Part shown: one piece after another, positions 49,451-58,123 of the stretch
Layout: every line of letters begins with the position of its first letter
Numbering within the stretch: position 1 is the stretch's first letter
Assembly (NCBI GenBank): GCA_025361565.1
Contig: JANYKN010000195.1
Coordinates: forward strand, 22,791-86,790
From: Bacteroidota bacterium
Lineage (GTDB): Bacteria > Bacteroidota > Bacteroidia > Bacteroidales > NBLH01
Direction of reading: 5' to 3'
DNA: 64,000 nucleotides
Program-made: the position numbers and the translations under genes
The notes under the pieces: model-generated
What the model saw: only the letters and a program-made list of their open reading frames with translations
What the model was told of the DNA's origin: nothing
The model's database searches: none

Positions 49451-50134
49451 TTATTTATCCTGCATACTATTTATCAGACTTAATTTTCCTTGATAATCAA
49501 GATCAATAATCTCTTTTAAAGATTTAATCTTTAAATCGGCAATGTTGTATTTTTTTAGGTGATATTCAGATTTTTCAGGCATAGCAATAGTTAACATTCC
49601 TGCTGCTTTTGCAGATAACAAACCGGTATAGGAATCTTCAACAGCTATACAATTTCGGGGATTCACCCTTATTTTTCTTGCAGCGCCAAGATATACATCA
49701 GGAGCAGGTTTTCCCAGTTTTTCTGATTCTGCCGAATTGATACCATTAAAATAACCAACAATTTGAAGTTTGTCCATTACTGCATCTATAATACAATAAA
49801 GCGAAGAAGTGGCCAGTCCAATTTTTATTTTATTATCCTGCAGGTATTCCAATAAACCAAGAAGGCCGGGCATAGCTTTTCCACGTTCTTTAATACTTAC
49901 AATTACATTTTCCACAATTTCGTTGATAAGCACTTCTACGGAAGGTTCGCTCCAATTATTGACAGAATGCCAGTGTTTTACAACATCCTCTATTCTGGTG
50001 CCCTTCATTTGGACACACATTTCTTCTGTCATTTTTAACCCATACCTGGTATAGACTCCAATTTCTGCTTCAACCCAAAATGGTTCTGAATTGATAATCA
50101 CCCCATCCATATCAAATATTACTGCCTCTATCAT
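49451..50134 (-). CDS. HAD-IA family hydrolase (sugar-phosphate phosphatase / beta-phosphoglucomutase-like)
   Basis: MIEAVIFDMDGVIINSE (DxDG motif I), TSS (motif II), and KPAPDVYL...VEDS (motifs III/IV). Confidence 0.8.
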   Translation of the reverse strand: MIEAVIFDMDGVIINSEPFWVEAEIGVYTRYGLKMTEEMCVQMKGTRIEDVVKHWHSVNNWSEPSVEVLINEIVENVIVSIKERGKAMPGLLGLLEYLQDNKIKIGLATSSLYCIIDAVMDKLQIVGYFNGINSAESEKLGKPAPDVYLGAARKIRVNPRNCIAVEDSYTGLLSAKAAGMLTIAMPEKSEYHLKKYNIADLKIKSLKEIIDLDYQGKLSLINSMQDK

Positions 50135-50188
50135 TATTTATTTTGTAATTTGAGGCGCAAAAGTAGATAAATATTTAACATAAGTGAA

Positions 50189-51448
50189 TTAAAAATTATA
50201 TCGGAGAGCAAAACCTCCCGAACCCATTTTTATTTGATAGGAGCTAATATCACCAATGGGAAGTTTTACATATGGTTCAAATACCAAATCACCTTTGCTC
50301 AATGGAATCTTATAACCAACTGCAAAATTAAGTAAACGTGCAAAATCAAAACGGTTAAAAATTTCAGATTTTTCTTGTGTTTTTACCTGTTTCACCGAAT
50401 TTTGAGTCTCAAATTTGCCAGCTGTACTATTATATTTTGTATTTGTGACTATTGAATTATATGAATAGCTATACTTTTCCTGAACATATAAAAGCGACGA
50501 TACACCTGTTGTAATTGTCATCCTTTTATGGCTAAACTGGATATTTATGGGTATATCTATGCCAACGAATTCCAATTTCGATTCCGCAGTATTAACATCA
50601 ATCATATTAAGTGAATTTGATGATGCGTAATCAGCTGCAACACCATTCATTAACATATCACTACTTTCATTTTTACTATAACTCATTGATTGACGAGCGA
50701 TTAACATACCTGATGATAGACTGAAATTTTTAGCAATATGCCATGAAGTACTTATTCCTCCTCCAACATTTAAGCTACTGCCTTCACCTTCGCTTGCATA
50801 ATTTGAAACTGATGCAACTTCTACTCCAAAATTAAATCGTTTATCTTTTTTCTGATCATCAACAATTAAAAAATCAGAGTTATCGTCCAATGAATTAATT
50901 TTCAAAGAATCAGGTTTTGAATTATCAATTTTTTTGATTTGTTCTTTTTGTTTGTCAATTTCCTTTTTTGTATCCACCAATTGTATTTCTGAATTATCTT
51001 TATTCTCTAATGTATCAGATTTAAGTAGTACAATTTCATCATTTTCTTTTCCATTCGTTTTTACGACTGATTTTTCAATTCCATTACTTCTTGATTTTCT
51101 ATTAAAAAAAGCGATTACCGGTTCTTGATTATTAGCTTTTCCAATAAATATTGTTTGATTATCGGCAGTATCTATTTGTGGTTCAATTTTATTCGAAATA
51201 CTTGCAATATCGCCTTTATTATTTTCATCCTTTTGTTCGATATCATTTACTGTAAATACTGATAATCCCAACAATAAAGCAACAGTGGCAGCTTTTGCAA
51301 AATATGGAATCCAGATAATTGTTCTTTTTTTATCTTGTTTCATCATTGCACGCAGTTTTTCCCAATCACCAGGATTGTAAACCTCCTGATGGTTCTGAAA
51401 AACTTCAGATATGCGTGTAGCCAGTATTTTATCAAATAACTTGTGCAT
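50189..51448 (-). CDS. membrane protein with C-terminal outer-membrane beta-barrel-like domain; putative partner of the upstream ECF sigma
   Basis: Single TM (FAKAATVALLLGLSVF), a K/D/N/E-rich linker, and a C-terminal alternating beta pattern ending GGFALRYNF. Overlaps the sigma gene by 17 nt. Confidence 0.45.
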   Translation of the reverse strand: MHKLFDKILATRISEVFQNHQEVYNPGDWEKLRAMMKQDKKRTIIWIPYFAKAATVALLLGLSVFTVNDIEQKDENNKGDIASISNKIEPQIDTADNQTIFIGKANNQEPVIAFFNRKSRSNGIEKSVVKTNGKENDEIVLLKSDTLENKDNSEIQLVDTKKEIDKQKEQIKKIDNSKPDSLKINSLDDNSDFLIVDDQKKDKRFNFGVEVASVSNYASEGEGSSLNVGGGISTSWHIAKNFSLSSGMLIARQSMSYSKNESSDMLMNGVAADYASSNSLNMIDVNTAESKLEFVGIDIPINIQFSHKRMTITTGVSSLLYVQEKYSYSYNSIVTNTKYNSTAGKFETQNSVKQVKTQEKSEIFNRFDFARLLNFAVGYKIPLSKGDLVFEPYVKLPIGDISSYQIKMGSGGFALRYNF

Positions 51449-51998
51449 AATCTCTTTTATATTGTTTTGAAAAAGCCTGACGTAATAATCTTTTTGCCCT
51501 GGTTAAATTAGATCTTGATGTACCTTCTGCAATGCCTAGGAAACCTGCAATCTCTTCGTGTGTATATCCTTCTATTTCAAAAAGATTAAATGTGATGCGA
51601 TATTGTTCGGGTAATTCATTCAATAATTCCATTGCCCCTTCCAGATCTATATCATTTATCAGGTTGCAGTCAAGAATCTCATAGTCAATTACTTCTTCAT
51701 CAAAATGATTATAATGTTTACTGCATTTACGGTAATTATCAATTGCCGTATTTATAATTATTCTCCTAAACCAACTTTTAAATGATTGGTTCTGATTGTA
51801 TTTTTCGATATTTTCAAAAACTTTCAAAAAGCTATCATTCATTATTTCAGACGCCTCATCACGGTTATAGGCATAACGAAGACAGACGCTCATTCCATAA
51901 GCATAGAATTGCTTATAAAGAACCTTCTGGGCCTCCATTTTCCCCTTTATGCAGCCATTAATTATTTTGCTGCTTATTTCCATTTGATTCTCAGGCAC
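51432..51998 (-). CDS. RNA polymerase ECF-type sigma-70 factor
   Basis: Region 2 (YAYGMSVCLRYAYNRDEASEIMNDSFLKVF) and region 4 HTH (HEEIAGFLGIAEGTSRSNLTRAKRLL). Confidence 0.85.
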   Translation of the reverse strand: MPENQMEISSKIINGCIKGKMEAQKVLYKQFYAYGMSVCLRYAYNRDEASEIMNDSFLKVFENIEKYNQNQSFKSWFRRIIINTAIDNYRKCSKHYNHFDEEVIDYEILDCNLINDIDLEGAMELLNELPEQYRITFNLFEIEGYTHEEIAGFLGIAEGTSRSNLTRAKRLLRQAFSKQYKRDYAQVI

Positions 51999-52265
51999 TA
52001 AAAGTTAGGTTTATTAGTATTATTCGTAATTTTCTGTTCCAAAACAAAAAACAAAAATTTTTTCCAAATATAAAGATTGATTAAAAAAGTATAAAAATGC
52101 TATTTAAAATAATTTCTCTAACTACTAATTATTTCTGAATATTTAAACTCTTATGCATCTATATTATTAAATACAAAGTTAATGCTTAAATTCACAGACT
52201 TGAATAATAATTTTCAATACAATTTATCATTCTAAACTCAAATACTCATCGATAAAATGCTAAAA

Positions 52266-53219
52266 TCAATTTTTATTATGCAATAACAAGAGTGATCTTT
52301 TTCTATGCTCAGCTATACTAATTGTATTGTTGATATTCTTTTGAATCAATTTAATACCAACCTGTTTTCTGCTTTCTTGCAATATGATGTCAGAAATTTG
52401 CTTTAATCCGGATTCAATAGAAGGCTCTTTTACTATAAAATTACGTTCTAAATTAGCTTCGTACAATTTAATATATTTCAGAAAAGTAACATTCGCATTT
52501 GAAACTGAAATGAGTAAACCCAGGTATCCATCCAAAAATCCTTTTTTAATTATAAAAGTTTGTACAAAATCAAAAGTGGAATGAAAAAAAGCCTTCAATG
52601 GAGATGAGTCCCTTTTACCTTTGTTTTCAATAGCGAACAAATCAGAGTACATCTCTCTTTTTCGGCTAAAATCTGAAATTGAATGATAACTGTAATGATT
52701 CATATTTCCTTTTAATAAGCTCACTTTCAATCCATTTGATTCTACATATTCATGTACCAGTTTTTCTTTAAAACCCGTAATTCTCTTATTGTAAAGCCTA
52801 AGCACATATTCATTTCCCCATCCTGAATATTTAATTGGCATTTGACGATAAAAATTACGCCTTTTCCACTTATAAACCGTTCCATTTTCGAGTTTTAAAT
52901 TCCTAATAGAGTTAAATAATTCAGGAGTTAGCACTTCGTCTGTATCTATTGATAATACCCAATCAGTTTTAGCCAAGCTTGCAGCTTCATTCTTACTTTT
53001 TCCAAACCCCTTAAAAGTATCCTGAAAAAATCTCACATTTGGATATTCCTCAGCAATTTCAGCGGTGTTGTCTGTTGAACCGGTATCTAAAACCACCACT
53101 TCATCAAAACCAAGTAAGCTGTTTAATGTTTGTGCAATTGTGCTTGATGCATTTTTCGATATTATTATCGGTGTTATGTTCATTTTCATCATTTTATTCA
53201 TTACTTTTCCTTTCTTCAC
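52266..53219 (-). CDS. glycosyltransferase family 2 protein
   Basis: ITPIIISKNASSTIAQTLNSL...VVVLDTGSTDNT...SIDTDE (DxD). The start is ambiguous among several N-terminal Met codons (53219 to 53183). Confidence 0.75.
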   Translation of the reverse strand: MKKGKVMNKMMKMNITPIIISKNASSTIAQTLNSLLGFDEVVVLDTGSTDNTAEIAEEYPNVRFFQDTFKGFGKSKNEAASLAKTDWVLSIDTDEVLTPELFNSIRNLKLENGTVYKWKRRNFYRQMPIKYSGWGNEYVLRLYNKRITGFKEKLVHEYVESNGLKVSLLKGNMNHYSYHSISDFSRKREMYSDLFAIENKGKRDSSPLKAFFHSTFDFVQTFIIKKGFLDGYLGLLISVSNANVTFLKYIKLYEANLERNFIVKEPSIESGLKQISDIILQESRKQVGIKLIQKNINNTISIAEHRKRSLLLLHNKN

Positions 53220-53347
53220 CTTTTTCTATTCCTCGTTGATTGTCTGCTGTTTAGAATACTTTTTATATCTTTTAGATTCAAAAAACATAATCAAACTTTT
53301 ATATTTCGATTATTTTTGAATTGAACGCTTTATATGTTATCAATATT

Positions 53348-54586
53348 TTATCGAACTGGATTTTCAACCTTTCCAATAAAAAGGATTACACCTGTAGAAA
53401 TTTCACGAATTACAAACAAAAAAGGTTTGTCGAACACGACAATTCGTTCATCTCCAGCACTTGTGGTCTCCATTCCAACTGAAGTAACTGCCGCAGCTTC
53501 AGTGCCTTTTTCATTTACTTCAACATATGTTTTATGTTTTACTTTGGAAATATAAAGTTGATAATCGTTGTTTATTTTTGAAAAATCAGAAGTATTTGCA
53601 TTAAATGCAATTCCCATCCCCATTGCAGTTAGTACATCGTTTAATTCAGATTCATATCCAAATTTAAATGGCGGAATTTCAACAGTAACCTTGATGGGAT
53701 CACTCAGATAATTGACCCAAGAGTCCCAGCAGGAATTGGTTAGTTCATTAATTACCTGATCAATATTTTTACCAGATGAAGGCAATACAAAATCCATAGC
53801 CCAGTTTCCTTGACCATATGGCAATTCAACCATCTGAATATTATCAGAATACAAATACTTTAGGTCTGCTGTTTGAGCCATCATCTCTACCTGTTTTGTA
53901 CTTCCATCAAATAAAGTAAAATTATGGGTGATATTTTTTGTGACATCAAACTCAAATTTCCAAATTCCTTTAAAGTAAATCGCATTGATTAAAAACATTA
54001 CGTTTTCAGGAGTTATTTCATCGACAATTTTATCAATTTTATTATTGGTATTATTGGCCACCCAGTCATTTATTATATTAATGGAATTTGGATTGTCAAA
54101 ATTCAATGCATTCACTTCTGCACTATAAAAATCTTGGTTCACATCAATAAAATCCTGAAAAACAGAAAAAGAATTGCGATACCAAATCGAATTTGCGATT
54201 GAAAACTCAACCTGGTTATCCACGTGGAGCAAAGCATCAGAAACCTGTTTGAAATTAATATTGATTTCATCAACTGTCAGGTTATTTAACCCCAATGTGT
54301 TTTCCATCGCAGTTTTGGTATCTCCATTGGCTCCATTATAAGTCATTGCCAGGGCAAGAGAAATACTAAAAGGCGAAATCATAGCATTTTCACCAGTTGC
54401 TTTTGTTGGAGATATTAAAGTTCGAAATAAATCGATTCCAAATGTATTTGAAGAAGTCAGAAGGGCTTTACTTTTTTCATTGAGTTGAATATAGACTGGC
54501 TCCTTGATTAAATTATCACTTTTCTTGCATGTCAATAACATAAACATGGAAAGAAATATTAGAGTATAGAATATGGTTCTTTTCAT
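53348..54586 (-). CDS. serpin family lipoprotein (serine protease inhibitor)
   Basis: Lipobox LLTCKK. Serpin hinge and reactive-centre loop NEKGTEAAAVTSVGMETTSAGDERIVVFDKPFLFVIRE. 412 aa. Confidence 0.85.
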   Translation of the reverse strand: MKRTIFYTLIFLSMFMLLTCKKSDNLIKEPVYIQLNEKSKALLTSSNTFGIDLFRTLISPTKATGENAMISPFSISLALAMTYNGANGDTKTAMENTLGLNNLTVDEININFKQVSDALLHVDNQVEFSIANSIWYRNSFSVFQDFIDVNQDFYSAEVNALNFDNPNSINIINDWVANNTNNKIDKIVDEITPENVMFLINAIYFKGIWKFEFDVTKNITHNFTLFDGSTKQVEMMAQTADLKYLYSDNIQMVELPYGQGNWAMDFVLPSSGKNIDQVINELTNSCWDSWVNYLSDPIKVTVEIPPFKFGYESELNDVLTAMGMGIAFNANTSDFSKINNDYQLYISKVKHKTYVEVNEKGTEAAAVTSVGMETTSAGDERIVVFDKPFLFVIREISTGVILFIGKVENPVR

Positions 54587-54742
54587 ATATATTTATTTAA
54601 ATATTCTCAAGGAATTAATAATATCCACAAAAATCAATCATCTGTCCGGATCTAACTCAAATTGAATTTTGATTTAAATATTTTCCTTATTTATTGTCAA
54701 TACGCAGAAAGTGAAAAGAACGTTGCATTAATCTAATTTTTT

Positions 54743-54772
54743 CTCAAAAAAAAATCCCCTTTCAGGGATTTT
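54743..54772 (-). terminator. rho-independent terminator of gltA
   Basis: Stem aaaatccc (54751-54758) / gggatttt (54765-54772). A long T-run follows on the minus strand (plus-strand A-run from 54746). Lies 25 nt past the stop. Confidence 0.75.
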
Positions 54773-54796
54773 ACTTATAAATCATCTAATTAATTG

Positions 54797-56095
54797 TTAA
54801 ATACCAGCTGCGTCTTCGAGCATTTTTGTGGTAAGTGATTTAGGTCTTTCAAGTGGATAATTTAAAGCCCTGTCCCATACCAAATTGGAAGCAACACCAA
54901 TTGCACGTCCAATCGCAAAAAGCACAGTATAGAAATCATATTCTTTAAGGCCATAATACCATTGTATAACACCAGATTGAGCATCAACATTCGGCCATGG
55001 ATTTTTAGCTTTTCCTTGTTCCAGTAAAATTGGAGGAACCACTTTAAACAACAAGCTGGTATATTCAAACAAGATATCATTAGGCAAATGTTTCAAGCAG
55101 AATTCTCGTTGGATTGTATAACGTGGATCTGTTTTACGCAATACTGCATGCCCAAAACCAGGAATAACATGTCCGGATTTTAAAGTTTCCAAAACAAAGT
55201 TTTTCATGAGTTCTTCAGTTGGTTTTTGATGATTTAGCTTTACCATTACACCCTGCAACCAACTCAATACTTCTTGATTTGCTAAGCCGTGCAATGGGCC
55301 TGCCAAAGCATTAGTCATTGATGAAATGGAATAATACATATCCGAAAGCGTACTGGCTGTTAAATGCCCTGCATGTGCACTTGCATTTCCACTTTCATGA
55401 TCGGCATGGATTATAAAGTACATCCGAGAAACATCATCATAAGGCTTATCAATTCCCATCATGTGTGCAAAGTTGGCACCAAAATCAAGTTTTGGTTCAG
55501 AAGGAATGATATCTCCATTTCTGAACTTGTGACGGTATATAAAAGCTCCAATTTCTGGGAGTTTAGCCAATAAATTTAAAGCATCTTCATAAGTTGCGTC
55601 CCAATAATCTCCTTTTTTCAGCTCATTATACTTTTGATTGAAAACAGATTCGCGCTGCATAGATAATATTGCAGAAGAAAACATAACCATTGGATGTGTA
55701 TCTTCAGGCATTGCCCTTATTACGTCAAATACATATTTGGGGACATTTTTCCTTTTATTAAATTCTTCAGCCACGTCTTTTATTTCTTCATCAGTGGGTA
55801 TTTCACCAGTTAATAATAAATATACGAGGCCTTCCACATAGGGCATTTCACCTCCCGGTACTTTAGGTAACAATTTAAGTGTATCATCAAGCGTATGATC
55901 CCTGTAACGGATACCTTCATTTGGATCAAGATACGAAATATCTGTAACAAGGCTTTTTATATCCCTCATCCCTCCAATTACCTGAGAAATTGTTACTTCA
56001 TCAATCACTTTTTCGCCGAAATCTTTTAAAAGCCTTGTTGTTCTTGGACGCTGCTCTTCAATTTTTTTTAATAATTTTTCTTTTAAATGTGACAT
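54797..56095 (-). CDS. gltA: citrate synthase
   Basis: IIHADHESGNASAH, GPLHGLANQEV and GHAVLRKTDPR, the catalytic His/His/Asp contexts of type I/II citrate synthase. Confidence 0.9.
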   Translation of the reverse strand: MSHLKEKLLKKIEEQRPRTTRLLKDFGEKVIDEVTISQVIGGMRDIKSLVTDISYLDPNEGIRYRDHTLDDTLKLLPKVPGGEMPYVEGLVYLLLTGEIPTDEEIKDVAEEFNKRKNVPKYVFDVIRAMPEDTHPMVMFSSAILSMQRESVFNQKYNELKKGDYWDATYEDALNLLAKLPEIGAFIYRHKFRNGDIIPSEPKLDFGANFAHMMGIDKPYDDVSRMYFIIHADHESGNASAHAGHLTASTLSDMYYSISSMTNALAGPLHGLANQEVLSWLQGVMVKLNHQKPTEELMKNFVLETLKSGHVIPGFGHAVLRKTDPRYTIQREFCLKHLPNDILFEYTSLLFKVVPPILLEQGKAKNPWPNVDAQSGVIQWYYGLKEYDFYTVLFAIGRAIGVASNLVWDRALNYPLERPKSLTTKMLEDAAGI

Positions 56096-56386
56096 AGTTG
56101 AGTTATTTTAGGTTAATCGAATACTAATTATTTATAAGTTGCTCAATTATAAACCAATAGAACAACTTGATGTATTTAACTATTTCAATAAGTAAAAATA
56201 CAAAAAAAATGTTGAAAAAAGATATCGGAAATCAATCTTCTTTTTATACTAAATTAAGCCATAGTTAGAAAAATGTTTGAAAAAAAGGGTAACAATAAAC
56301 CAATCATCTAATTTACATAGCCATTAACTTTTGGTAAACATTTGTGAATTATGCAGTTCTAAATCCAAAATGCATTTTATCAGACA

Positions 56387-57856
56387 TTATTCATTTCCAG
56401 TTAATTTCAATAATTCAGAATATATATCAACTGGTCCATTGCATTTATTTTTAATAATTATTCCATTTTTGTCAATCAATACATAATGTGGCATTTCTTC
56501 AATGAAGTATGCGCTTTTTAACGCTTTGTCCCACTTTCCTTTACAAATTAAATTAGTTCCTTTAAGATTTTCTTCTTCAATAATTTGTTTCCATTTATCC
56601 GGATTATCATCAAGACAAATATTAATTATTTCAATTGGTTTATCACCTATTTTAAAGTAAAGTTCATTTATGGCTTTAAACTCGTTAATAACTGGTTCGT
56701 TCAGACTATTCCAAAAATGGAGGTAAACAATTTTATTTGAAAAATTGAATAATTGAAATTGTGTTCCGTTCAAATCCCTAAGATAAAAACCAGGTGCATT
56801 GTCGCCTTCGGCCAATTCGCTTTTAATAAATTTCATGGCTTTTTTCTTCATTGCATTTACAAATTCAATTTTATCCTTTGATAATTGAGGATAATTTTTA
56901 ACAATTAAAGAATCTATTTTTTTTACACCCTCCGCTTTTTTAATATTGGAGTAGAGATCTGCCAATTCACAAGTTATAAAATAATCTTTTATTTCTCCAG
57001 AAAGCAATGAGTCGGCTAAATTCGATTGAAACTTGAATAAATTTATTCTCAAGTTATTTATATCCATTTTAAGGTTCTCTTCGAAAGGAAATTTGTTATA
57101 GAAATATTCCCTTAGAAAAGAATAATATATTGAAGATAGAATTGCTTTGGAATTATTGAATTCGACTCCAAAAATTGTATTGCTTTTTCGATCAAGACTC
57201 TTTAGCCTATTATATATTCTAAACGATAGGCTGGCGGCACCATAAGTGATATCAGCCTTTTCAAGATCAAAAAACCATTTAGGCAGGCTCTTTTTATTTT
57301 TGTCAAGGAATAAATAGTTTTGTTCTACAGAATATTTTAAAATGTCAATTGCCTCGTTGTATTCACTACGTGATATTTCGTCCTTATAAAATCTATCTAT
57401 TCCATTATAATTGGAATTAATAAACGAATAATATCCGAATTTCTTCTTTTTTGCCTGATAGTAATCATTAATATTCCCATTGATTTTATAATATAATGCA
57501 AACTCATTTTTGTCATTAACTTTAAAGCCAACGTTGATTACTAATGTGTCCCCAGGAATTAAAAACGCTTGAAAATCTTCGCCAATATTAAAATAAACCA
57601 AATCAGGCATAGTCATTCCAAGAGCCATATAATAAATACCTGGATTTACGATATCGGTCTTCTTCCAATCGCCTCCAAAAAATCTGAAGCTCGAAAATAA
57701 AGATGCTTGCACGCTTAAAGTATCAACGATATTGCTTGCGATAATTTTAATATACGCTGAATCATTATAGGTAATTTGAGGGACCTTATGGTTTTGACCA
57801 GAACTGGAAAAAACAGAAAGTTCAATTAAAATAAAAATAAAAATCAGGCTTTTCAT
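56387..57856 (-). CDS. TlpA/thioredoxin-fold family protein lacking the CxxC motif
   Basis: C-terminal thioredoxin-like domain APGFYLRDLNGTQFQL..KIVYLHFWNSLNEPV...HYVLIDKNGII. The usual FWASWCGPC block reads FWNSLNEPV. Confidence 0.6.
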   Translation of the reverse strand: MKSLIFIFILIELSVFSSSGQNHKVPQITYNDSAYIKIIASNIVDTLSVQASLFSSFRFFGGDWKKTDIVNPGIYYMALGMTMPDLVYFNIGEDFQAFLIPGDTLVINVGFKVNDKNEFALYYKINGNINDYYQAKKKKFGYYSFINSNYNGIDRFYKDEISRSEYNEAIDILKYSVEQNYLFLDKNKKSLPKWFFDLEKADITYGAASLSFRIYNRLKSLDRKSNTIFGVEFNNSKAILSSIYYSFLREYFYNKFPFEENLKMDINNLRINLFKFQSNLADSLLSGEIKDYFITCELADLYSNIKKAEGVKKIDSLIVKNYPQLSKDKIEFVNAMKKKAMKFIKSELAEGDNAPGFYLRDLNGTQFQLFNFSNKIVYLHFWNSLNEPVINEFKAINELYFKIGDKPIEIINICLDDNPDKWKQIIEEENLKGTNLICKGKWDKALKSAYFIEEMPHYVLIDKNGIIIKNKCNGPVDIYSELLKLTGNE

Positions 57857-58053
57857 GATTGAAAGGTATTATTTTGAGATTTAGTTATATAGTCCTTCGA
57901 CTGACATAAATCACATTATATAATTTACCAATCAAATATATAACCAAATAATTAGTTAAGCAATTAGAGGATTACATTTTATTGATATGACCATAAACTG
58001 CAACTTGAAGATTTTACAGTTTGGATATGTTCAATTTCGCTGTATTATGGCTC

Positions 58054-58095
58054 ATAAAAAAAGCGATTCCAAGCCTCAAGAGGTTTGGAATCGCT
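58054..58095 (-). terminator. rho-independent terminator of the beta-mannosidase gene
   Basis: Perfect 11-bp stem agcgattccaa (58062-58072) / ttggaatcgct (58085-58095). A T-run follows on the minus strand. Lies 29 nt past the stop. Confidence 0.8.
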
Positions 58096-58123
58096 ATATT
58101 TACTTGTCAAACAATGAATAATT

